64,000 bases of DNA, taken from contig OX597825.1 in the NCBI GenBank assembly GCA_951406725.2, positions 3,906,001 through 3,970,000 on the forward strand, in the 5' to 3' direction. Shown piece by piece: positions 1 to 11,942 of the stretch. The notes beneath the pieces were generated by a model. It worked only from the letters and a program-made list of their open reading frames with translations, ran no database searches and was not told the DNA's origin. A program made the translations under genes and the position numbers. How positions within the stretch are numbered: position 1 is the stretch's first letter; every line of letters begins with the position of its first letter. Source of the DNA: Octopus vulgaris. Lineage: Eukaryota.

Positions 1-384
1 CACGTCTCGGTCTTTCCGTTCAAGGTTTCCAAGATTACATGAACTCACGATGTGCAGCAGTCGGTATTTTTCAACAGTTGCCCTTTATGGCCAGTCCTTA
101 AACGGAAATATTAATCTGTAATATAAACTATATTCTATAGTTCACCTTTCCTATAATATGCTGTGTTGCCTTCAAAAACCAGAAATTCCATACGTTTAAA
201 CATCAAACTGACCACTACATTCGCCAAGAATATGTGCGTATCTAAGTACGTGGGTTCCTATGTATGACATTAAACTGTTGGAGCCACTGGACTGCGGCGT
301 TGCTGCAGCATGGCCATGTTTATTCAAATAAGTTGACCCCAGTACTTACGCTTTTGTTCTATTATGCCAAACGCTTAAGTTACA

Positions 385-542
385 AATACGTTCTGAGATC
401 AAATTCTGCCGAGGTCGACTTTGCCTTTCATCATTTCAGGGTCAATAAATTAAGTACCAGTTACGCACTGGGGTCGATATATAATCGACCAAATCCGTTT
501 GTCTTCTCTGTGTTTAGCTCATGGTGGGTAGTAAAGAAATAG
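385..542 (+). mobile_element. SINE family S2, 5'-truncated copy
   Basis: acgttctgagatcaaattctgccgaggtcgactttgcctttcatc...gtaccagttacgcactggggtcg...tgggtagtaaagaaata matches the full copy at 62980-63210. Confidence 0.8.
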
Positions 543-859
543 AACGCTTAAGTTACAGAGATTAGGTGTCGACTGATTGTGGAAAAGAAACGCAGCGACA
601 GTAATATGCCAGTCCGTTCATATTTGAGACATTCTGTCAGGAGTCTGAGAGAGAGAGAGAGAGGAAGATAGAGACAGGGAAGGAGAGAGAGAGAGGGGAA
701 GATAGAGAGAGAGATGACAATCTTCCATCTACTAAATTTGTTCATTGGGCATTATTTAACTCAGACACCCTGAAGAGCCATTTCTAGAAGTCGCCGCGAA
801 GTAGAATTCAAGCCCAAACCGCAACGTGTCAAAGTTACTTTCTGAAGCAAAAATATCGG

Positions 860-1161
860 TGTGTTTATTCCTTCTCGAGCTATGCCTGGCTTATAAGTGC
901 CGGTTTCCCGGATTCTTGGCGTATAGGTTCCCCACCTGGACGGGACGCCGGTCCATCGCAGGTGAGCTGCAAGATGGAGGAGAAACGAGTGAGAGAAAGT
1001 TGTGGCGAAAGAGTCAGCAGAAGTTCGCCATTACCTTCTGCCGGAGCCGTGTGGAGCTTAGGTATTTCGGTCATAAACACACACATCGCCCGGTCTGAGA
1101 TTCGAACCCGCGATGCCTGGACCGCGAGTCTGCTGCCTTAACTACTATGCCATGTGCCTCC
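860..1161 (-). mobile_element. tRNA-derived SINE family S3
   Basis: Minus strand begins GGAGGCACATGGCATAGTAGTTAAGGCAGCAGACTCGCGG...GGGTTCGAATCTCAGACCGGGC (A and B boxes). Body shared with 4412-4620 and 25088-25382. Confidence 0.85.
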
Positions 1162-1324
1162 AAAAAACTAAAAATAAATGTTGGTGAACCGGTCTGTCTG
1201 TCTGTCTGTCTGTGTCCGTGGGTTTGTCTTTGTGTCTGTATATGTGAGCATGTGTGCGCGCACGCGTGTCAGACATTGAAAATGAGTTCTCAACACCGCA
1301 TTGGTGGAGATAATTGTTTTAATT

Positions 1325-1415
1325 GTATGTGTGCGTGTGTGTGTGTGTATAGATATATGTATGTATATGTATATGTAGATATGTGAGCGTGTATGTGCGC
1401 GCGCGTGTGTGTATA

Positions 1416-1466
<51 letters not shown>

Positions 1467-1750
1467 ACGTGTATATACATGCATACATCTATACACACAC
1501 GTGTATATGTGTATGTGTGTGTGTATAGATATATGTATGTATATGTGGATATGTGAGCGTGTGTGTATAGATGTATGTATATATATACGTGTATATACAT
1601 ACATACATACATACATCTATACACACACACACTCGTACATGTGTATATTTGCGTATTGATGTATGTATGTATGTATATACACGTATACATATACATACAT
1701 CTTTACACACAAGCGTGCACACACGCGTATATGTGTATATGTGTGTGTGG
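1325..1750. repeat. Compound (TG)/(TA)/(CATA) microsatellite-minisatellite
   Basis: Recurring units such as gtgtgtatagatatatgtatgtatatgt..atatgtgagcgtgt. Overlapping ORFs are low-complexity artefacts. Confidence 0.85.
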
Positions 1751-1952
1751 GGGGAGGTAAGACTGGAGTATAGGGTTAGTTAGAAATGTAAAGTTTAATT
1801 TAATATAGCAGATAATAAATATTATACAGCAAAATATTGCTAACCAATTAATTGGATATCCATAAAATTAAATTAGATTATATGAACAGTAATGAAGAAA
1901 TACCTACGCGTATTAATAATTATTAAAAATAATAATGAAGATATATATATAT

Positions 1953-2185
1953 GTTTCTTTACTACCCACAAGGGCCTAAACACAGAGAGGACAAACAAGG
2001 ACAGACAAAGAGATTTAAGTCGATTACATCGATCTCATTGCGTAACTGGTACTTAATTTATCGACCCCGAAATGATGAAAGGCAAAGTCGACTTCGGCGG
2101 AATTTGAACTCACTACGTAACGGCAGGCGAAATACGGCTACGCATTTTGCCCGGCGTGCTAACGATTCTGCCAGCTCACCGCCTT
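1953..2185 (-). mobile_element. SINE family S2, full-length copy
   Basis: Reverse complement of GGCGGTGAGCTGGCAGAATCGTTAGCACGCCGGGC...GAGTTCAAATTCCGCCG...TGTGGGTAGTAAAGAAA. Confidence 0.85.
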
Positions 2186-2846
2186 TATAAAGAGATTTAT
2201 AAAAGAAGTAAGAACAACAATGAAAGGGATGGTCTTTGAATTAAGGGAAATTGATCTTAAGAACCCAAAAGGGATGAATGGTAATTTGACCTACATTTAT
2301 AGCAGTTAATTTCTCCCTTTGACCAGTAGGGTTAAAAGGTTAGTTTGTGCTATTTTTAGATCGATTCCACGTTGAGGTTGAATAAAGAAATAAATATAAA
2401 CAAGATAAATGTTGTGCGTCAGAATTTTTTTTTCCATTTCGAAGATATCAAATTACCAGTTAAAATTCCCTGATAAAGCCCTTCATGGACTCTACCATAA
2501 CAATGCACTGAAAGAAGCGAAAGATGTACCTTGATAGCGGAGGATAGTTTACGTAGGCGACAAAATAAATACATAAATGACAGCATAATTTCAAACTGTA
2601 TCTTCTCTGTTGTCTGTTTTCCTTTAAGTGGTTCCTTATCATTTCTCCTATATCGAAAAATACACAATCTCTATAGAGACAATTTGAGTTTTCATTCGTT
2701 AGAATCTACGAAGATTACTTAAGCCGCCCAACTGAAGGTACATAAGCTCACGTATGTTAACCGGCATTATGAATCGGTAGAAGTGCATATTGACATACGC
2801 TGGGATTATATATACACATCAAAAGTTTTGGAAAATATAGACTATA

Positions 2847-2878
<32 letters not shown>

Positions 2879-2926
2879 TGTGTGTGTGTAAATATGTATA
2901 TAAATAAATAAATATATATATATATA

Positions 2927-3505
2927 TAACAATAAAAAATCTCTGAACGAGATATAAACAGTAACCGTTCGACAACGAAAGGGGTATTAGCCATCTGAAT
3001 GTGGCTAGCCACTGGGGGGGGGGGGGTTACTGATGCTTTTAACCCCAGGCGATCAACGTCACCAGAAGGACTTTAGACACTATCTCAGTGCCCTTGTGTT
3101 ATTTGCAAAGGGAGGTCATCCTCCCTCGAAGACCCGAGTACTACATACGGACTATAGTTTCAAGGTAATTGCCTCTCGTCAACGCATGGTAAGCACCGGT
3201 CTTCGATGAAGGAGTCCCCCTGCAAATAATATATAATGTTTTTCACAGCAACCACTGTCACTGATGTAGAAAAACTGTCTGAAAACAATAATAAATCTCT
3301 GAACGAGATATAAACAGTAACCGCTCGACAACGTAAGGGGTATTAGCCATCTGAATGTGGCTAGCCACTGGGGGGTGGGGTGTTACTGATGCTTTTAACC
3401 CCAGTCGATCAACGTCACCAGAAGGACTTTAGACATGTTGATCGCCTGGGGCTAAAAGCATCAGTAACACCCCCCCAGTGGCTAGCCACATTCAGATGGC
3501 TAATA
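2927..3505 (-). mobile_element. Non-autonomous HHR-bearing element, family A (retrozyme/PLE-like, 356-bp period)
   Basis: Direct repeat ~2927-3078 vs ~3283-3436 (ctctgaac at 2941 and 3297), inverted partial copy 3436-3505, (TA)n on both flanks, internal hammerhead. Confidence 0.75.
3145..3187 (-). ncRNA. Type-I hammerhead ribozyme motif (C3U core variant)
   Basis: AUGCG-UUGACGA-GAGG(CAAUUA)CCUU-GAAAC-UAUA-GUC-CGUAU: all three stems, palindromic stem III ACUAUAGU, GUC triplet. Confidence 0.75.
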
Positions 3506-3535
3506 ATCTTTACGTTTTATATTTTATATATATAT

Positions 3536-4403
3536 ATATCAATAATTGAGGGTAAAATTAATTAGTTATTAATCAATTTCACCAAGTAGTGTTCAGTATG
3601 TAAAAGGACCATTTAAGGCGTATTCAAAATATTACATTATATAATTAGGGCTTAGTAAAATAAATTACTTTGCCACATACTGAACTTTCTAGAAATAGCA
3701 GCCCCTAAATGAACATTATCTGAGAGAATTTTTCTTAAAGTAGTGGAAATGGCTAAAAAACGTTTTGGCTGCTATTTCTAGAATGTTCAGTATGTGGCAA
3801 AGTAATTTATTTTACTAAGCCCTAATTATATAATGTAATATTTTGAAAACGCCTTAAATGGTCCTTTTACATAATGAACACTACTTGGTGAAATTGATTA
3901 ATAACTAATTAATTTTACCCTCAATTATTGATATTATAATTCCTTTCTCCATGTTCTGTTACTACGGTTCTCACCGTTATAGTATGTTTACTAGATAGCT
4001 CACGTGGGTGGAAGAGGAAAGAGCGGGAATCTTCGCTTGTACATTTTGAATTTGCTAGTACTGGCAGTTTGAGGGTGTTTGTCTGAGGTGATACATTACC
4101 GGACGTGTATGTTCATTCTTTTAGTGCTTTCAAATCAAAAATTAAGAAATGTTGAGCTGACGAAGGAAATGCCGAGTTTTATTTCGGCTAATCTAGAAAC
4201 GTGACGTTCTCAAATGATCTTTGTACTTGTGATATTTTACTGTTTTACCTCCATATCTTCGTGAGTTATTTTTGAGTAAACATTATCTGAGAGAATTTTT
4301 CTTAAAGTAGTGGAAATGGCTAAAAAACCTTTTGGCTGCTATTTCTAGAAAGTTCAGTATGTGGCAAAGTAATTTATTTTACTAAGCCCTAATTATATAA
4401 TGT
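3536..4403 (+). mobile_element. Non-autonomous HHR-bearing element, family B (567-bp period, inverted 5' copy)
   Basis: ~168-bp inverted repeat 3536-3703 / 3767-3934; direct repeat 3712-3838 / 4279-4403; (TA)n flanks; second copy at 9727-10045. Confidence 0.75.
4152..4213 (+). ncRNA. Type-I hammerhead ribozyme motif, family B
   Basis: UUGAG-CUGACGA-AGGA..GCCGAG(UUUUAU)UUCGGC..UCUA-GAAAC-GUGAC-GUU-CUCAA. Confidence 0.65.
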
Positions 4404-4411
4404 TATATATA

Positions 4412-4620
4412 TAGGGCCGGTTTCCTTGGCGAATAGGTTCCCCACCTGGACGGGATGTAGGTCCGTCTCAGGTGGGCCGCTAGATGCAGGAGGAGAGAAA
4501 GTTGTAGCGAAAGTGTAAGCAGAAGTTCATCATTACCTTCTGCCGGAACCGCGTAGAGCTTAGGTGTTTCGCTCATAAACACACATGCATCGCCCGGTCT
4601 GAGATTCGAACTCGCGTGAC
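4412..4620 (-). mobile_element. SINE family S3, partial copy
   Basis: Aligns to 860-1161 (ggttccccacctggacggga...ggtctgagattcgaac). Confidence 0.8.
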
Positions 4621-5712
4621 CTCTACACATGATTTGTTTATAATCATGAAATTTTTCCTCAAGAACACAACGTACTACTCAGTTTAGGATTTGAAATCCT
4701 GATCTAGCACTCGAGATTGCAGCACCTTAACTACTAAATCAAGCGCTTCTATCTATAAATTGAGTCAGAGAGAGAAAGAGAGAGAGAGAGTGAGAGCGAG
4801 AGAGTTAGAGAGAAAACGAGAGAGGAAACGATTTATAATTCGAGCAAATAATGCGCGGCATGGAATAATTTTTAATGCAAAGGAGTCCTGCATAAAATCC
4901 ACAATACTCGTCTATCATTTCACATAAACAAAGACACACTCACACACTCACAAATAAAAACCTGCACACACACACCCATACACACACTTACAAACATACA
5001 CGCACGTAAATATTTAGAACTCTGCGTATTCGTATAATTACAAAATTTGGATAGCTGCCGTTTATCTGCATGATGCGTGGTGAGATAGGTTTGTTTTGTG
5101 CAGGAAAATTACGGATTTCTTTGTTCTATTAGTGAAGGCCTATATATCTAGGTTTCCTCTAAGGACGTTCTATTTTGTAAACGTCCATTTAGTTACTACA
5201 ATCCCTGTGCTTTTACATGCGATATTTTAACTCAATCTCTGAAAACGAATGTTATCTCAATATAACATATTTATTTTTACAAGCAGAATTTAGAATTGGG
5301 TGATGTACATGACAACATTAATTAACGATGACGAAAGAAAACCAGCAGATAATTTAATAAAGTTGTCACATGCATACGTGATAGAGAAGAGCTATATTTT
5401 GTAATATTTAGGACAACTCTGCCTGAATTAGATTGAATCTAAATCTGATTTTAGTTTCACATGGACTGAGAATCATACATACTTATATTCATATACACAA
5501 CGTAAAGCAGCATTTTATAATCTGAAACATGTCACAAGCAAATGATGCAGAGATTCGTCCTTGTTTCATGAATTCTTCATTGGCACCTGTCATTTCCTAT
5601 TTAGCAAAGTTGCACGCCGATAAATTTGATTTACATTTCGATATAACTTATTTGTAGTCCCCCTGTCTGCTTGTAGGCATACAAGACACACGCGAGTACA
5701 TATACAGATCAT

Positions 5713-5856
<144 letters not shown>

Positions 5857-6944
5857 ACAGAGGGAGAGAGAGAGAGAATGATATATATGTTCATGAATAT
5901 ATACGAGTGTAAATGCATATATGCGTGCATGTGTGTGCCCGTACAACGCAGTGCATTATATAAGGCAGAGTGTAAATTCCAAGCAGTTAAGCTAGTTTCA
6001 GGCTATCTTGGAATCTAAATAAATATGAATGTTTAGATTTTGTCAAGCTGTATATAAAACTAAACACAAATGAGTGTGTGTCGCAGTGTTGCTTATTCTG
6101 TGTTAATCATGTACAGCGTGAGAGATGGTACCATCAGCCATCTTAACTTTGATCTCGTTTGCTGCCTAGCCCCAAGTCACTTGCCTGCGGAGCAGCTCTG
6201 CAGGGAAGGTGCTTGTTTATAGTTGGTCTCGTACGATTTCATGCGCGATGCCTTACAAATGCAACGATTTACATATTTTAACTACGATAACAGAATGATG
6301 TTGCGGGTTTAACGTACTTCGATTCTTATCAAAGAGTAAATTCCTTCTCATTCGTGTTCTCATGAAGACAATATATTTTATACATACATTTACATCAAAC
6401 ACCAACAACAACAAACTCATATATAAACACGCTGTATCTACATACATTTGCCCAAACACAAGTGTGAGGACACCTACACACACACACACACACACGCACA
6501 CACAAACATAAAAAAAATTGCGGTGACATTTTCTACTATTACATATTTTCTTTCTTTGCGATACTTATGATATATATGAGCATGTATATGAATACATGCA
6601 TGTGTGAGTTTAGCTGTTTATATTTAGCTATGTAGCTGTCATTTTATTTTGATTTACTTGTAACGATAAGATTGTCAAAACTATACCATATATACATGTG
6701 TGTCTTTGTGTGTTTGTGTCATTGAGAAAATAGTGTTGATGAATTTATAAGCAAGAACATCATTGAATAATGTTAATGTGAATCATCCATCAGCTAAGGA
6801 CTGAAAGTTTCGATATATATCTTTTTGATGAGAGCTTAAAAGACCATATAATGTATTGGGAAGAGTGAAGATATTAAACGTGAATGATACAGAGATTATA
6901 TACCCTATGGGTATGCAACTACAATGTATGCAATCCATATACAT

Positions 6945-7116
6945 AGACGTAGGAGTGGCTGTGTGGTAAGTAGCTTGCTTACCAACCACATGGTTCCAGG
7001 TTCAGTCCCACTGCACGGCACCTTGGGCAAGTGTCTTCTACTATAGCCTCGGGCCGACCAAAGCCTTGTGAGTTGATTTGGTATACGGAAACTGAAAGAA
7101 GCCCGTCGTAAATATG

Positions 7117-7171
<55 letters not shown>

Positions 7172-7390
7172 GTGTGTGTGTATGTATGTATGTATACGTT
7201 TGTATGTATATGCTTGTTTGTGTGTGTTTGTTTGTCTGTGCTTACGTCCCCGTAACTTAGCGGTTCGGAAAAGTTAGCGATATAATAAGTACTAGGCTTA
7301 AAAGACTAAGTCCTGGGGTCGATATTTACGACTAAAGGTGGTGCTCCAGCATGGCCACAGTCAAATGACTGAAACAAATAAAAGAGTAAA
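6945..7390 (+). mobile_element. tRNA-derived SINE family S1 (CORE-like body, internal microsatellite)
   Basis: GGAGTGGCTGTGTGGTAAG (A box)...GGTTCAGTCCC (B box), CCTTGGGCAAGTGTCTT, tail CCAGCATGGCC..GACTGAAAC. At least 6 more copies in the window. Confidence 0.85.
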
Positions 7391-7917
7391 AAAAAGAAGC
7401 AAGTTGGAAGATGGTCGTCAGTGCTATGACGACAGTGGATTCTGACGATTTTCTAACCCATTCCTGTTATACTTGAGCTACAACATAACTTGACTATGGG
7501 AATCTTATTTATTTATATATTTTTTGAAGAAACATGGAGTTTGTTGAGAAGACCGTAAAATGATCCGTAAGCAGAATTCGTTAATCGGATTTGTCACGAA
7601 GTGTCGCACAGTTTCCACCTTGCAATTAAGTTATCAGTATATGTGTAATGTGTAATGGAAAAAATAACTCTTAACATATATTAATTGATATAGAATATCA
7701 CCTCGTTGATCGAACTTTAGGCCAATTACTGGACAAACACCCAAAGATAGAGCAATAAACACAAACACACACATACAAATACACACACATACTCACACAC
7801 ACGCACACTCAGATTCACACACACGCACACACAGATTCATACATACACATGTACACTAAGATGCACGCAAACATAATCAGTGTGCGTGATAACATCATAT
7901 ATACATATATACATACG

Positions 7918-7971
<54 letters not shown>

Positions 7972-8018
7972 CATCAGTGCATAGGTGTATATAAACGCGC
8001 ACGTTTATACATACAGGC

Positions 8019-8119
<101 letters not shown>

Positions 8120-8519
8120 ATAGACGCGCATATGCTTGTACATGAATTCCATATGCACACATACATACCCGCATAAGTAAACGAGCACTTGGATATTATT
8201 GCTATACTTTAGCGTTCGGAGTTCAAAGGTACTTTTGTTCTCTGCGACAGAAAGAAATAAAAAGCCAGGAAAATAGTTATTACGAAAGCCACGTGAGAAT
8301 ATTGTACGCGCGCGCGAGCATGGGTAGCTAAATCCTAAGTGAGTTCTTATTATTTCAATTTTCAATTTTCCATCTGATTAATTATTAACGAGGGATTTTT
8401 CTTTTCTAGATGGAAATCGATGCGCGAGAGTGGACTAAAAACTTCTCTTGCTGATAATCAGGAAATTGTACTACAGCTGTGAAATTTTAATGGATTAATT
8501 CCAACTCCTTTATTAATAA

Positions 8520-9150
8520 CTTATTCTTTATTTTAGCCACAAGGGCTCACATAAAATAACATTAAATGACATACAACAACATAAAAGACAAAAGCGGAAC
8601 AATACAGTAGGTTTTCTGCGTGTAAACAATATAAATAATAAAAAAAAATTAAACAAATTAAAAATTGCCAATAGGGGAGACGCTTTGAGGTCCTCGTGGA
8701 AAAACCCCAGAAAAGTCACGGATATCTGGTCAACAAGACAAGATACCGTATTCTTCAATTTTTTCCAAAGTTGGACGCTCAGAATTGGTCCTTTCACACT
8801 GGCCATTCTTCCAACATTCACCCATCTTTCAACAAACTTGCTACAAGGCAACACTTCCCTCTCCACCCTCAACTTACTTTCCAAGTGAAACCTGAAAAAG
8901 TTACTGAGGGCTTGGCCACAGAAAAAAAAATATCTGTCTAGCCCTTTCGAACGGGTACATCATACTACCTCCTTAGCTATAGGCACTAAACAACTAAATA
9001 TTGCCTGTCCTTCCACTTATTAATAACAGCATTGTTCTTTCGATCAGTCAATAACTCTGCTGGAAAATCTGACATTACTTGATGCAGAACCAGCTGGTCT
9101 TCTGAACGTTTCCTAATTCAATATAAGTGTTGGATTCATTACAGTGATCT
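8520..9150 (-). mobile_element. 3' fragment of an L1/Tx1-like LINE ORF2 plus 3' UTR
   Basis: Minus strand reads IAKEVV..CTRSKGL...QALSNFFRFHLESKLRVEREVLPCSKFVERWVNV, resembling the Tx1/L1 ORF2 C-terminus. Followed by a T-rich UTR and an AAAATAAAAGAA tail. Confidence 0.55.
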
Positions 9151-9159
9151 TGCAAAGCG

Positions 9160-9350
9160 ACAGTCGATACGGTGGATACCTCTCCCCACTCACTCCAAAG
9201 TAGATCAAGCTCAGTTTATCTTCAAGGAAGGTGATTGCCTCAGGTTTTTTGGTTTATTTTGGAATACGAAAATCATTTTTATCGATTGTCTTCAAGAGGA
9301 CCATATAAACAAAGGAAAAGCCTATGCTAAATGGCTGAGACAATTACAAA
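9160..9350 (+). mobile_element. Highly decayed mariner transposase fragment
   Basis: aaggtgattgcctcaggttttttgg...atcatttttatcgattgtcttcaagagg resembles the mariner KVxAxVFW..IxIDxL segment. Confidence 0.35.
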
Positions 9351-9356
9351 TGTTAA

Positions 9357-9517
9357 TCAGGAATGGCTGTGTGGTAAGTAGCTTGCTTACCAACCACATG
9401 GTTCCGGTTTCAGTCCCATTGCACGGCACCTTGGGCAAGTGTCTTCTTCTATAGCCTCGGGCCGACCAAAGCCTTGTGACAGGATTTGCTAGACGGAAAC
9501 TGAAAGAAGTCCGTTGC
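9357..9517 (+). mobile_element. SINE family S1, 5' half
   Basis: Near-identical to 6950-7110. Confidence 0.85.
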
Positions 9518-9663
9518 ATGTATCTATATATGTATATATGTGCGTGTTTGTGTGTGTGTGCATGTGTGTGTGATTGCTTGTGTACATGTGTGTTGGCGTT
9601 TGTGTGTGTGTCTGTGTGTGTGGGGTGTCTGCGTATCTGTATGTATATAAATATAGATCTACA

Positions 9664-9700
<37 letters not shown>

Positions 9701-9726
9701 AAATAATAAAATATATATATATATAT

Positions 9727-10038
9727 CAGCGACAAGTTCGCTGATAGGTAAAGTTCCTTCTTTTTAGTGTTTCCAAATCCAAATTAAGAAATTTTGAGCT
9801 GACGAAAGAAATGCTGATTTTATTTGGCTAATCTTGAAACGTTGACGTACTCAAACGATCTATGTACTTGTGATATTTTTCTGTATTTACCCCCAAACCT
9901 TCGTGAGCTGTCTGGAGTAAACATTATCTGAGAGAAATTTTCTTTAAGTAGTAGAAATGCTAAGAAAATTTTTTTTTTGGCTGCTATTTCTACTAAGTTC
10001 AGTATGTGGCAAAGTAATTTATTTTACTAAGCCCTAAT

Positions 10039-10045
<7 letters not shown>
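9727..10045 (+). mobile_element. Family B HHR element, second (5'-truncated) copy
   Basis: Aligns to ~4100-4400, ends gcaaagtaatttattttactaagccctaatta, (TA)n on both sides. Confidence 0.8.
9793..9855 (+). ncRNA. Type-I hammerhead ribozyme motif, family B (intact core)
   Basis: UUUGAG-CUGACGA-AAGA..GCUGA(UUUUAU)UUGGC..UCUU-GAAACG(UUGA)CGUA-CUCAAA: 6-bp stem I, stem II, stem III with tetraloop, GUA triplet. Confidence 0.8.
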
Positions 10046-10077
<32 letters not shown>

Positions 10078-10136
10078 AGTACACAAATACATATATATAT
10101 ATATATATATACACATACACACTCACACGTATGCAT

Positions 10137-10292
10137 AGGCGTAGAAGTGACTGAGTGGTACAACTGTTGCTTCTCAATTACATAATATCGTGTTTAGTTT
10201 CTTTACGTGGTATCTGGTAAAAGTTTCTTTTCCTATGATCACGGGACATCCAAAGTCTTATGAGTGAATTTGGAAGACACACTCTGAAAGAA
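10137..10292 (+). mobile_element. Degenerate SINE S1 copy
   Basis: aggcgtagaagtgactgagtggta...caaagtcttatgagtgaatttggaagac..ctgaaagaa is collinear with S1. Confidence 0.6.
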
Positions 10293-10752
10293 TCAAATGC
10301 GGGAAACTATTTTTTTCCAGTTTACAATTAATAAACTGTTTTCTCAATATAAAATGTTGCATGGATTTGAAAAGATATCTGCCAAATGGAACTAAGTAAA
10401 TTCTTGCGTAACGATTAAAAACAAATCAAACGCATTCAGCAAACTTCTCAGTGAAATGAAATATTGCCAAACAGCTTGTTCAGTTAGACAATTGGAAAAT
10501 GTATTCCCGTATCAAACAGTCTCGTATAGGGTGCTCCTTCATTCAAGAACTACCTAACACTTCTTTATCGTGTTAAGTAATTCTTGAGTAGACGTTCGCA
10601 TGCCAACTGTTGCATATAAAATGTTGACTTCCCTTTGGAATCTAATATTTCTATAAAAAGCTTCTGAAACTATTTTAACGGGTCACATATTGGACGAACT
10701 TAAACCAAAAATCCTTTTTCTGAACAAATACGATCTATCAGAACACATTTTA

Positions 10753-10811
<59 letters not shown>

Positions 10812-11901
10812 ACTCACTCTCTCTCTCTCACTCACTCTCTCGCTCTTTCTCCATCTATCTGCCAGACTGTCTGTGTCTATGATTCTATTTTATATCTATT
10901 TATTTATTTATCTATATATATATCTATCTATCTCTCTATCTGCCTATCTGTTTTTTCTCTCTATATTTGTCTCCATATAGACACGGAGTAGCAGACTCAC
11001 ACACATCAACATATAGTATATATGTGTATATTCATGTATATATGTTTCGGTATGTGAGATTTTGAATTTCTACTGTAGCATCTACCATAAGGTGTTACTG
11101 TTCACTCTAATACGCGTATCTCAGGAAATACTGAATGAGTCAGTCATTTGATTATCCAAATATATGTGTAAATTTTATATTTTACACTTAATACAACAGT
11201 GCTCTTATTTAGTCATAAATTTACTTTTGGATAACATTGTCAAATGCATTTAAGATTAGTAGGAATATTTCCTATACTCATTGTTTTTCTTTTAGCTCTT
11301 TGTTGCTGTCATCATAAATTTTAATATTCTTCTGCTTTTGAATTAAAATACAAATCTTTTTCGTTCTAAGGTTTCATTTCGTCTATTGTTCTCGCAAAAT
11401 TTTAATTTTTACTCAAGCTGTCCCACTAAATTACAATTTTTCGAGTTATAGCTGTGTGCAAATTGCATTGTGGAAAGTTAATTATTTCTTTCCCTACATT
11501 TTGGTATTTGTTTTTGATTTTTTATATTCATATATCCCATCTTTAGCTTGTAATTCCTCATTGTTTACGATTTGTTGCAGTCGATGTATATTTGCTTTAC
11601 AGATACATAGACACGGATATATGGAACACACTTTAAGCATTAACAAATTATGTGGTGATTACCGAGCAGATCATGACATTCACTTTATTAGCCATACAAA
11701 TCGAATGTTATTTTAGTACTACACGTACAGCGCTACATATCACAAAAAACATGTGACTATATATTAATGCGTATATCATCATCTTACTCATTCATTATTT
11801 TTCGAATGTTTTTATCTATTAATCATTCTATCTATCTATGTAACTCTATCTATCTAATTATCTGTCGGTTTCTCTATGCGCCTCTATCTTTCTTTTGTCT
11901 T

Positions 11902-11936
<35 letters not shown>

Positions 11937-11942
<6 letters not shown>

